From Eubacteriales bacterium (GTDB lineage Bacteria; Bacillota; Clostridia; Oscillospirales; CAG-382): a stretch of DNA of 64,000 nt. The stretch lies in contig JAZRTY010000043.1 in NCBI GenBank assembly GCA_045652245.1, positions 501-64,500 of the forward strand. Direction: 5' to 3'. The position numbers and the translations under genes were made by a program. The notes beneath the pieces are model-generated. The model was not told where the DNA came from and searched no databases. It was given only the letters and a program-made list of their open reading frames with translations. Of the stretch, positions 44,368 to 53,037 are shown piece after piece (positions within the stretch are counted from its first letter, which is position 1; the number at the start of each line of letters is the position of its first letter).

Positions 44368-45819
44368 TTACTCTGAAATTATCTTATCGCATTCATATAT
44401 CATAACTGCGACAATTTTAATTGCTTCAATAAATCTGTTTATATAAAGTACCTCGTCACTCTGATGTACTCCACCGTGACCTTCGGGAAGCTGTACACAA
44501 TCATTTTCAATATAATCTGCCTGCGTTCCGATACTAAAGGCATTCTTCAGGTGTCTGCAATAAGTACCGCCTCCCATATAAATTCCCTGCGCTTTATTAT
44601 CACCTGAAAGTTCCATATATACTCTTTCAAGAGCAGCAGCAACCTTGTTATCTCTCGGAATTGCAAAGCCCTCTCTGTTATTGAAGTTCTCAATTGTGGC
44701 AAATGCCGAATGCAGCTTTTCCGAAAGGTCGTTCGCACTTATTGCCGTACAGTACCGAATATCAAAGCTGATATGAGCTGCTCCGTCTTTTGCAGCACAC
44801 ATTCCGTTAGCTATTGTCAGCTTACCGAAATATTCGTCCTCACACGCAATTCCGAGACTTTCACCGTACGGGTCAGAGGTTATTTCATAAATTCTCTGAA
44901 GAATTTTCCTGTCAGATTCACAAAGGAAATTACATTTACAAAGTGCGTGTGCTATAACACTTGTGGCACTTATTCCAAGATGAGGTCTGCTTGCGTGGCT
45001 TGGCAAGCCGTGTCCGGTAACCTTTATTTCGTCATTTTCCCTCTCGACATCTATTTTTTCGTCGGTTTCGGAAATTTTACAAAGCTCACAGTACAACTCA
45101 TCGCTATATTTTATTTTGCACACAGCCTTATCAAGAACAATATTATAGGCGTTCCCACCATAAAGGTCAACAATATCGGTAAATTTATCAGGGAAAACAA
45201 AATCACCCTGACATATTCCCTTTTCTCCGAAGGAAACAGGAAATTGAGCATCCGGCACAAGACAGATATCCGGCATCTTGTTTTGCTGTACATAAGCCTC
45301 AATATCCTGCATACCACTTTCTTCGTTTGAGCCGAGGAAAACGCTTATACGACTCTTAGGTGCATACCCCAATTCATATAACATTTTTGTAGCATTCAGA
45401 GAAATTGCAACCCCTGCCTTATTGTCATCTACTCCCCTGCCGATAAGTACATCACCCAATCTTTTCGGCTCAAAGGGTGCAGTATACATCCAGTCTTCTC
45501 GCGATGCCGGTACTACGTCGGTATGTGCGAAAAGTCCGATTGTTTTCTCACCCTCTCCGAGTGTTGCAAGTCCATACTTCTTATCCTGTGAAACAGCGGC
45601 CGAAAAACCTGCTTCATTCATAAGCTCAACTGCCTTCTCCAATGCTCTCAGGCACTCTTTTCCAAAGGGTGCGTCATCAGTCCCGTCTGCACAGACAGAG
45701 GGGATTTTTGCAAGCTCAATTACACAATTTAATATTTCCTCTTTGTTTTTCGCAAGATACTCATCAAAGGCTTTTAACATTCCTGTATTCATTAAAAACT
45801 CACCTTTCTTAAAAATCAT
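44368..45819 (-). CDS. M20-family dipeptidase (PepV / Sapep-like)
   Basis: GLFAHTDVVPA...W...PF, GRGVDDNKAG and NEESG motifs. An alternative start lies at 45792 (MNTGML). Confidence 0.85.
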   Translation of the reverse strand: MIFKKGEFLMNTGMLKAFDEYLAKNKEEILNCVIELAKIPSVCADGTDDAPFGKECLRALEKAVELMNEAGFSAAVSQDKKYGLATLGEGEKTIGLFAHTDVVPASREDWMYTAPFEPKRLGDVLIGRGVDDNKAGVAISLNATKMLYELGYAPKSRISVFLGSNEESGMQDIEAYVQQNKMPDICLVPDAQFPVSFGEKGICQGDFVFPDKFTDIVDLYGGNAYNIVLDKAVCKIKYSDELYCELCKISETDEKIDVERENDEIKVTGHGLPSHASRPHLGISATSVIAHALCKCNFLCESDRKILQRIYEITSDPYGESLGIACEDEYFGKLTIANGMCAAKDGAAHISFDIRYCTAISANDLSEKLHSAFATIENFNNREGFAIPRDNKVAAALERVYMELSGDNKAQGIYMGGGTYCRHLKNAFSIGTQADYIENDCVQLPEGHGGVHQSDEVLYINRFIEAIKIVAVMIYECDKIISE

Positions 45820-45988
45820 TTTTTCACCTTAAATATTTTATAACCATCTGAAATGTTTGTCAAGTAAAAATGCTTTCTATTTTTGTAAATATTAAGACTT
45901 AAAAGATAAAAACCGCTTTTTTGCGCTTATTTCAAACTTTTTTTCAAAAAAAGGTTTAATATTTAAGTTTTGTGTGATAATAAGACGT

Positions 45989-46006
45989 GAAAACAAAATA
46001 GTTTTC
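45989..46006. promoter_or_regulatory. GAAAAC-N6-GTTTTC inverted repeat upstream of mglB (possible repressor operator)
   Basis: Perfect 6-bp arms read directly, 30 nt upstream of the mglB start. Confidence 0.3.
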
Positions 46007-46035
46007 TAAAAACAAAAAAGGATTGGTACTGTAAT

Positions 46036-47130
46036 ATGAAAAAACTCACTTGTGCATTTTTAGCATTTTTGCTCATTCCCTTCTTTCTTACCTCTTGCTT
46101 TGGAAAGGACAACACCGACACAGGTACAGACACCGGCACAGGTACAGGTGGCGAGATTTCTGTATTCTATTATACCTTCAGTGATACCTACATTTCAAAT
46201 GTCCGTTCAAATCTTCGAAGAATTATGCAAGAGCAAAATCTTAAATATAACGACTACGACGGAAACGGAAATCAGACAACCCAGACCGAGCAGGTCGGAA
46301 CAGCTATTGCCAAAGGGGCTTCGGCTCTTGTGGTAAATATCGTTGACACAGGCTCAGATGATGCTGCCATTAACATTATAGGACTTGCAAGAGATAAAAA
46401 TATTCCTGTTATATTCTTTAACCGTTCTGTTCAGGAAAGTGTTGTTTCCTCATATGAAAACTGTATTTTTGTAGGTACAGACTACGAAGAAGCAGGTATT
46501 ATGCAGGGAGAAATGATTGGTAATTATCTTGTAGAAAACTTCGATAGTGTCGACATTAACGGCGACGGGGAAATCAGTTATGTTATGTTTAAAGGACAGG
46601 AGGGTAACCTTGAGGCAATTGCAAGAACAGAACTTTCTGTTGAGTACTGTAACAAGGTACTGTCCGAAAACAATTTGAATCTTCTCCGGTTTTATGACGA
46701 GTCAAACCCCAACAAGTATCTTGTCGACCAGGACGGACTCTGGTCCTCTGCCGCTGCCAACAACTATATGAGCACACTTCTTGCAAGATTCAGCGAAGCA
46801 AACAATAATATGGTAGAGCTTGTTATTGCAAACAACGACGAAATGGCGCTCGGTGCTATTGCAGCGCTCCAGGGTGCAGGCTACAATGACGGAAGTGGAA
46901 GAAACATTCCCGTATTCGGAGTAGATGCGACAGAAGCTGCAAGAAGTGCAATCGAAAACGGCACAATGACAGGAACAATAAAGCAGGATGCAGAAAACAT
47001 GGCACTAACTATTGAAAAGGTCACCACAAACATGATAAATGGCGAAAATAAATTCACAGGCATTGACGAAAATCTCATTGTCGGCACCTGGAGAATAAAC
47101 ATCCCTTATGCACCTTATATAGGGGAATAA
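46036..47130 (+). CDS. mglB: Galactose/glucose ABC transporter substrate-binding lipoprotein
   Basis: Lipoprotein signal with an LTSC lipobox, a TG-rich linker and a periplasmic-binding-protein type I fold. First gene of an mglBAC-like operon. Confidence 0.85.
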   Translation: MKKLTCAFLAFLLIPFFLTSCFGKDNTDTGTDTGTGTGGEISVFYYTFSDTYISNVRSNLRRIMQEQNLKYNDYDGNGNQTTQTEQVGTAIAKGASALVVNIVDTGSDDAAINIIGLARDKNIPVIFFNRSVQESVVSSYENCIFVGTDYEEAGIMQGEMIGNYLVENFDSVDINGDGEISYVMFKGQEGNLEAIARTELSVEYCNKVLSENNLNLLRFYDESNPNKYLVDQDGLWSSAAANNYMSTLLARFSEANNNMVELVIANNDEMALGAIAALQGAGYNDGSGRNIPVFGVDATEAARSAIENGTMTGTIKQDAENMALTIEKVTTNMINGENKFTGIDENLIVGTWRINIPYAPYIGE

Positions 47131-47185
47131 CTCTTTTCGGTATATCGCAGGATATACCGATATACTTACAAGGTGGAGGCAAAAT

Positions 47186-48688
47186 ATGGATAATTCAATT
47201 CTTTTACAGATGAACAATATGTGCAAAAGCTTTCCCGGGGTGGTGGCTCTTGACAATGTAAGTCTTACTGTCCGCCGAGGTACGGTTCATGCTCTTATGG
47301 GGGAAAACGGTGCGGGTAAATCAACTCTTATGAAGTGCCTTTTCGGAGTTTATACCCCGGATAGCGGTGAGGTTTTTCTTGAGGGTAAAAAAGTTTCCTT
47401 TAAAAGCTCAAAGGAGGCTCTTGAAAATGGCGTTGCTATGGTGCACCAGGAGCTGAATCAAGCGCTGAAAAGAAGCGTAATGGATAATATGTGGCTTGGC
47501 AGATTTCCACGCATCTCAAGGTTTTTACCGCTTACCAGCGAAAAGAAAATGTACGAGATGACAAAAAAATTCTTCCACAAACTCGGAATCGAACAAAATC
47601 CCCGTACAATAATGCAGGAGCTGCCGGTATCAAAGCGTCAGATGGTGGAAATAGCAAAGGCTGTTTCCTACAGTTCTAAGGTGATAGTATTTGATGAGCC
47701 TACCTCTTCCCTGAACGAAAAAGAGGTTGAGCATCTTTTCGAAATTATAAATATGCTGCGAAAAAATGGCTGTGGTATTATTTATATTTCGCACAAGATG
47801 GAGGAGATACTCCGGATTTCTGACGATATAACGGTAATGCGTGACGGAAAGCATATTACCACCAAAAGGGCGTCAGAACTTACAATGGAAGAAATAATCC
47901 GTCTTATGGTAGGAAGGGAACTTTCAGGCAGATATCCTGCAAAGGAAAACAAGGCAGGTGACATCCTTCTTGAAGTTAAAAATTTAAGTGCAAGCTACAA
48001 CAAGCTGCGTGATGTAAGCTTTCATGTCAGAAGTGGTGAAATACTCGGCATTTCAGGTCTTGACGGAGCAGGAAGAACAGAGCTTCTTGAAGCAATCTTC
48101 GGGCTGTCGACAAGAAAAAGTGGTGAAATTTTTTTGCGTGGAAAAAAGGTAAGCAACAAAGCGCCGGGAAGGTCTATAAAGAATGGCTTTGCGCTTCTCA
48201 CCGAAGAACGGCGTGCAAGCGGAATTTTCGGGATACTGAATATCCGTGATAACTGCACAATTTCGAGCCTTGAAAAGCACAAGGGATTTTTATTTTTAAG
48301 TAACAAAAAGCTCCGGCAAAGTACTGACAAGTGCATAAAGCAATTAAGAGTCAAAACCCCGTCACAGGAAACAAAAATCCGTTCCCTTTCGGGTGGTAAT
48401 CAGCAAAAGGTAATTTTCGGAAGATGGCTTTTGACTTCCCCCACAGTTCTGCTTCTTGACGAACCGACACGTGGAATAGATGTCGGTGCCAAATATGAAA
48501 TTTATCAGTTGATAATAGACCTTGCAAAAGAGGGAAAAGCTGTAATTATGGTATCCTCCGAAATGCCGGAGCTGCTGGGTGTTTGTGACAGAATTCTTGT
48601 AATGTCAGGCGGACGCCTTGCAGGCGAAGTTGATGCCGCAAGTGCTACACAGGAGGAAATTATGGCTCTTGCTTCAAAATATGTATAA
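47186..48688 (+). CDS. mglA: Galactose/methyl-galactoside ABC transporter ATP-binding protein (duplicated ATPase)
   Basis: Long colinear similarity to MglA (SFPGVVALDNVSL..., HALMGENGAGKSTLMKCLFG, ALENGVAMVHQELN...SVMDNMWLGR, ISHKMEEI). Confidence 0.92.
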   Translation: MDNSILLQMNNMCKSFPGVVALDNVSLTVRRGTVHALMGENGAGKSTLMKCLFGVYTPDSGEVFLEGKKVSFKSSKEALENGVAMVHQELNQALKRSVMDNMWLGRFPRISRFLPLTSEKKMYEMTKKFFHKLGIEQNPRTIMQELPVSKRQMVEIAKAVSYSSKVIVFDEPTSSLNEKEVEHLFEIINMLRKNGCGIIYISHKMEEILRISDDITVMRDGKHITTKRASELTMEEIIRLMVGRELSGRYPAKENKAGDILLEVKNLSASYNKLRDVSFHVRSGEILGISGLDGAGRTELLEAIFGLSTRKSGEIFLRGKKVSNKAPGRSIKNGFALLTEERRASGIFGILNIRDNCTISSLEKHKGFLFLSNKKLRQSTDKCIKQLRVKTPSQETKIRSLSGGNQQKVIFGRWLLTSPTVLLLDEPTRGIDVGAKYEIYQLIIDLAKEGKAVIMVSSEMPELLGVCDRILVMSGGRLAGEVDAASATQEEIMALASKYV

Positions 48689-48720
48689 AATACAAAGGCA
48701 GGTAGAAAGGATATAAGCAT

Positions 48721-49785
48721 ATGCCGGAAAACAATTCGAATAAAAGAATCGGTTATTCAAAAGAGAAGTATCGTGATACGGTACGAAAAACAACCGACCT
48801 TCTGTTTAACAATGCAATGTATATTGTAATTATACTTGCTATCATTTTCATCGCAATACGGGTGCCTGCATTTCTGTCGGTTTCCTCGATTGTAAATATA
48901 ATATCACTGACAGCGGCAAAGCTGCCCATAGCCCTTGGCATTGGGGGAGCAATAGTTCTGTCGGGTACCGATATCTCAGCAGGTCGTACCGTAGGTCTTA
49001 CTGCCTGTATTGCAGCATCGCTTCTTCAGCTTGCTTCGTACCCTAAAAAAATCTTTCCGAATCTTCCCGAAATGCCCCTTTGGGTAGCATTTCTGGCTGT
49101 TGTTGCAGTCGGCGCCATAATCGGACTTGTAAACGGATTTTTCGTTGCAAAATTCAAGCTTCACCCCTTTATTGTGACACTTTCAACACAGCTTATTGTT
49201 TTCGGCTCGGTGCTTATGTACCTGATGATCGGCAACAACAACGGACAAACTCTGTCGGGACTTTCTCCTGCGTACACAGATTTTGTAAAGGGTACACTTT
49301 TCAGGATTTCCGGTGTGGCAGTTCCAAGGTATGTGCTGTATTCGGCAATAATAACTGCTATTATGTGGGTTATCTGGAACAAAACTGCCTTCGGTAAAAA
49401 TATGTTTGCAGTAGGCTCGAATGAAGAGGCGGCAAATGTATCGGGGGTAAATGTTTTTCGTACTGTTATTCTCGTGTTTGTACTTGCCGGTGTTATGTAT
49501 GGAATCACAGGCTTTATTGAGGGTGCAAGAATTGCCTCCTGCTCTGCAAATACAGGGCTTAACTATGAAAGTGACGCCATTGCCGCCTGCGTTATAGGTG
49601 GGGTTTCCTTTGTCGGGGGTACGGGAAAAATCAGCGGTATTGTAATAGGGGTATTCCTTTTGCAGATTATCTTTGTGGGTCTTAACTTCCTGTCGGTTTC
49701 GGCAAATATGCTCTATATAATAAAAGGTCTTATTATCCTTATTGCCTGCGCTATTGATATGAGAAAGTATCTTATGAAAAGGTAA
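48721..49785 (+). CDS. mglC: Galactoside ABC transporter permease
   Basis: Polytopic BPD_transp_2-type permease following mglA. Confidence 0.88.
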   Translation: MPENNSNKRIGYSKEKYRDTVRKTTDLLFNNAMYIVIILAIIFIAIRVPAFLSVSSIVNIISLTAAKLPIALGIGGAIVLSGTDISAGRTVGLTACIAASLLQLASYPKKIFPNLPEMPLWVAFLAVVAVGAIIGLVNGFFVAKFKLHPFIVTLSTQLIVFGSVLMYLMIGNNNGQTLSGLSPAYTDFVKGTLFRISGVAVPRYVLYSAIITAIMWVIWNKTAFGKNMFAVGSNEEAANVSGVNVFRTVILVFVLAGVMYGITGFIEGARIASCSANTGLNYESDAIAACVIGGVSFVGGTGKISGIVIGVFLLQIIFVGLNFLSVSANMLYIIKGLIILIACAIDMRKYLMKR

Positions 49786-49788
49786 TGT

Positions 49789-49899
49789 ATGAAGAAGAAA
49801 AATATTTATTCGGAAACAAAGATTTCGGTAAAAACACTTGATATAATAATACTTCTGGGTATTTGCGTGCTTTTTCTGCTCATTTTGGTAAGTGCTTGA
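49789..49899 (+). CDS. Possible 36-aa membrane peptide (MKKKNIYSETKISVKTLDIIILLGICVLFLLILVSA)
   Basis: Found by hand. It starts 4 nt after the mglC stop and has a single hydrophobic helix. No RBS was checked beyond proximity. Confidence 0.25.
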   Translation: MKKKNIYSETKISVKTLDIIILLGICVLFLLILVSA

Positions 49900-49948
49900 A
49901 GTGTCAAGCAAAAACGAACGAAATATGTTTTAAAAATTGCAATAGCTC

Positions 49949-49977
49949 TTGACAAACTCTTAAAAATGTGGTAAAAT
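49949..49977 (+). promoter_or_regulatory. Promoter of scfA
   Basis: TTGACA (49949-49954), 17 nt, TGg-TAAAAT (49972-49977). Confidence 0.6.
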
Positions 49978-50012
49978 TACTTGAAAACATAATTTGAGTG
50001 GAGGTTTGTATT

Positions 50013-50165
50013 ATGAAACACATCAAGACAATAAATACTCGCAATCTTTGCGAATCTGCAAAGAAGGGCGGCTGTGGCGAATGCCAGACTTCTTGTCAGT
50101 CTGCTTGCAAGACAAGCTGCGGTATTGCTAACCAGAAATGCGAAAACACAAAGGAAAGCAAGTAA
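50013..50165 (+). CDS. scfA: SCIFF (six-cysteines-in-forty-five) ranthipeptide precursor
   Basis: Below the ORF-track cutoff. Manual translation gives MKHIKTINTRNLCESAKKGGCGECQTSCQSACKTSCGIANQKCENTKESK, with the family core GGCGECQTSCQSACKTSC. RBS GGAGG. The cognate maturase lies downstream. Confidence 0.92.
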   Translation: MKHIKTINTRNLCESAKKGGCGECQTSCQSACKTSCGIANQKCENTKESK

Positions 50166-50177
50166 TTTCTATAAAAA

Positions 50178-50206
50178 GTGCCGCCAGATTAATGGCGGCT
50201 TTTTTC
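50178..50206 (+). terminator. Hairpin plus T-run between scfA and scfB (attenuating terminator)
   Basis: gccgcca-gattaa-tggcggc followed by TTTTTT. Confidence 0.75.
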
Positions 50207-50239
50207 TTGTAAATCGTCCACGAAAGGATACATATATAA

Positions 50240-51622
50240 ATGATACATCAATATAAGCTTGGAGATTATAATATCGTTCTTGACGTATGTTCGGGTGCTG
50301 TTCACGCAGTTGACGAGGTAGCATACGATATTATCTCGCACTTTGAAGATAAAAGCCGTGACGAAATAATCCGTGAAATTTGCGAAAAATACAAGAACGC
50401 AGAGAATATCACAAAAGAAGATATAGAGGAATGCTACGAGCAGGTCTGTGAACTTCGTGACAGTGGTGCGCTTTTTGCGCCTGACAATTATGAGCCTATG
50501 GCAGGTGAACTTAAGAAAAAAACAAGTGGTGTTATAAAGGCGCTTTGTCTGCATATTGCACACACCTGCAACCTTAACTGCTCCTACTGCTTTGCAAGTC
50601 AGGGAAAATATCACGGTGACAGAGCCGTTATGAGCTATGAGGTCGGAAAGCAGGCGTTTGATTTCCTTATTGCAAATTCAGGAACTCGGAAAAATCTTGA
50701 GGTCGATTTCTTCGGTGGCGAACCACTTATGAATTTTGACGTTGTAAAAAAGCTTGTAGCGTATGCCAGAAGTGTTGAAAAACAACACGGAAAAAATTTC
50801 AGATTTACCCTTACCACAAACGGAATGCTGATTGATGATGACGTAATTGATTTTGCAAACCGTGAGATGAGCAACGTCGTACTCAGCCTTGACGGAAGAC
50901 GTGAAATTCACGACAGATACCGAGTTGATTATAACGGCAACGGAAGCTGGGAAAAGATTGTTCCGAAATTCCAGAAGTTAGTCAAGGCTCGTGGTGGCAA
51001 AAACTACTATATGAGAGGTACCTTTACCCATGCAAATCCTGACTTTTTAGAGGATATAAAGGTGATGCTCGACTTAGGGTTTAACGAGCTTAGTATGGAG
51101 CCTGTTGTATGTGCTCCGGGTGACCAAGCAGAGCTTACTGCTACCGATATGGAGATTGTTAAGAAACAGTACGAAGACCTTGCATTCTTAATGCTCGAAA
51201 AAGACAGAGAAGGAAAGCCGTTCACCTTCTACCACTATATGATTGACCTTGAAGGTGGCCCCTGCATTTACAAGAGAATTTCAGGTTGTGGCTCGGGAAC
51301 TGAATATATGGCAGTTACCCCCTGGGGTGACCTTTACCCTTGTCATCAGTTTGTAGGCGACGAAAAATTCAGGCTCGGAGACATCTACAATGGTGTTACA
51401 AATACTGAAATACAGGGTGAATTTGAATGCTGTAATGTATATGCACACCCTGAGTGTCGCAATTGCTGGGCAAGACTCTACTGCTCGGGTGGATGTGCTG
51501 CAAATGCATATCACAGTACAGGCTCGGTTACGGGTGTTTACAAAAGTGGATGTGAACTGTTCAAAAAGAGAATGGAATGTGCAATAATGGTTGCAGTAGA
51601 CAGGGCACTCAGAGAAGAATGA
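50240..51622 (+). CDS. scfB: Radical SAM/SPASM thioether-forming SCIFF maturase
   Basis: CNLNCSYC (CX3CX2C) and C-terminal SPASM cysteines (CGSG...C...CRNCWARLYCSGGC). The N-terminus MIHQYKLGDYNIVLDVCSGAVHAVDE is typical of the family. Confidence 0.93.
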   Translation: MIHQYKLGDYNIVLDVCSGAVHAVDEVAYDIISHFEDKSRDEIIREICEKYKNAENITKEDIEECYEQVCELRDSGALFAPDNYEPMAGELKKKTSGVIKALCLHIAHTCNLNCSYCFASQGKYHGDRAVMSYEVGKQAFDFLIANSGTRKNLEVDFFGGEPLMNFDVVKKLVAYARSVEKQHGKNFRFTLTTNGMLIDDDVIDFANREMSNVVLSLDGRREIHDRYRVDYNGNGSWEKIVPKFQKLVKARGGKNYYMRGTFTHANPDFLEDIKVMLDLGFNELSMEPVVCAPGDQAELTATDMEIVKKQYEDLAFLMLEKDREGKPFTFYHYMIDLEGGPCIYKRISGCGSGTEYMAVTPWGDLYPCHQFVGDEKFRLGDIYNGVTNTEIQGEFECCNVYAHPECRNCWARLYCSGGCAANAYHSTGSVTGVYKSGCELFKKRMECAIMVAVDRALREE

Positions 51623-52983
51623 TTATGAATACACCTATTTGTGATTTTGTAAAAAGGTATAACGAAAAAAATCCCCTTCGTCTGCATATGCCGGGACACA
51701 AGGGCAAAGAGCTTCTCGGCTATGAAGCTTATGATATTACGGAAATTACAGGTGCCGACAGTCTTTATGAAGCAAGTGGAATAATAGCAGAAAGTGAAAA
51801 TAATGCAAGTACTCTGTTTTCCTGCCCCACCTTTTATTCGACAGAAGGCTCGTCGCACTGTATTCGTGCTATGCTCTATCTTGTCTGTATGTATGCCCGA
51901 AAAAACGGCAGAGAAAAAGCGCTTGTACTTGCTGCAAGAAATTGTCACAAGACCTTTGTTTCTGCCTGTGCTATGCTTGATTTTGATATAGAATGGCTTT
52001 ACGGCAGCGAAAATGATTCCTATCTTTCCTGTAATATTTCGACGAAAGCTCTTGAGAAAAAGCTTTCTGAGATGGAAAGTGCCGACAGACTTCCGACAGC
52101 TGTCTATATTACAAGTCCCGATTATCTCGGAAATATCTGCGATATTTCCTCATTGTCAGAAGTGTGTAAAAAATTCGGAGTACTTCTTATAGTTGACAAT
52201 GCTCACGGTGGGTATCTTAAATTTCTTGAAAAATCACAGTTTCCTACCTGCCTGGGTGCTGATATCTGTTGCAGCTCTGCACACAAGACTTTGCCTGTAA
52301 TTACAGGTGGTGCGTATCTTCATATCTCACAAAATGCAGATAGCTTTTTTGTGCAGAACGCAAAAAACGCACTTGCACTTTTTGGTACGACAAGTCCGTC
52401 TTACCTTATTCTGCAATCACTCGATTATGCAAACAAATATATTTCCGAGAGCTATATTTCAGAGCTTTCAGAATTTTTAAAAGTGGTACAGGATGCAAAA
52501 CACACTCTGGCAGAGCATGGGTATACTTTTATTGGAAACGAGCCCTTAAAACTCACACTCGACACAAAAAAATACGGGTATTATGGTAAGGAAATAGCAG
52601 AGTATCTCGAAAAAAGCGGTATTTACTGCGAATTTTGCGACAGGGATTACATTGTCTTTATGTTGACGCCAAATCTCGGCAAGAGTGGGCTTGAACGTCT
52701 CACCGAAGCTCTTTTGAAGCTTCCGAAAAAATGGGAAATATCTGAAGCTCCTCCGAAATTCCGGGCACCTGTTTCTAAAATAAGTATCCGTGAAGCAATT
52801 ATGTCTGCGAAGGAAACGATACCTATAAAGAACGCCGTCGGCAGAGTGCTTGGCGACATATCTGTAGCCTGTCCGCCTGCAGTACCAATTCTTGTGTGCG
52901 GAGAGGAAATAACACAGGAAGCCGTAGCTGCGCTTGAATATTACGGGGTTGAATATTGTACTGTAATTGCAGACAAAAATTAA
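51619..52983 (+). CDS. PLP-dependent Orn/Lys/Arg decarboxylase-family protein (YaaO/SpeA-like)
   Basis: LHMPGHKG N-terminal motif and the SSAHKTLP PLP-lysine region. The start ATG at 51619 overlaps the scfB TGA (ATGA). An alternative ATG lies at 51625. Confidence 0.86.
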   Translation: MIMNTPICDFVKRYNEKNPLRLHMPGHKGKELLGYEAYDITEITGADSLYEASGIIAESENNASTLFSCPTFYSTEGSSHCIRAMLYLVCMYARKNGREKALVLAARNCHKTFVSACAMLDFDIEWLYGSENDSYLSCNISTKALEKKLSEMESADRLPTAVYITSPDYLGNICDISSLSEVCKKFGVLLIVDNAHGGYLKFLEKSQFPTCLGADICCSSAHKTLPVITGGAYLHISQNADSFFVQNAKNALALFGTTSPSYLILQSLDYANKYISESYISELSEFLKVVQDAKHTLAEHGYTFIGNEPLKLTLDTKKYGYYGKEIAEYLEKSGIYCEFCDRDYIVFMLTPNLGKSGLERLTEALLKLPKKWEISEAPPKFRAPVSKISIREAIMSAKETIPIKNAVGRVLGDISVACPPAVPILVCGEEITQEAVAALEYYGVEYCTVIADKN

Positions 52984-52995
52984 GTAAAAAAATTT

Positions 52996-53032
52996 AAGGC
53001 TATCACATTTATTTGTGACAGCCTTGTTTTTT
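52996..53032. terminator. Bidirectional terminator between convergent genes
   Basis: aaggctatcaca / tgtgacagcctt stem followed by gtttttt. Confidence 0.7.
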
Positions 53033-53037
53033 ATTTT

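Noticed and set aside
44710-45330. 206-aa + strand ORF
   Set aside because: It is antisense to the M20 dipeptidase gene.
49183-49911. 242-aa minus-strand ORF
   Set aside because: It is antisense to mglC. Its Asn/Lys/Tyr-rich composition is typical of the shadow frame of a hydrophobic permease gene.
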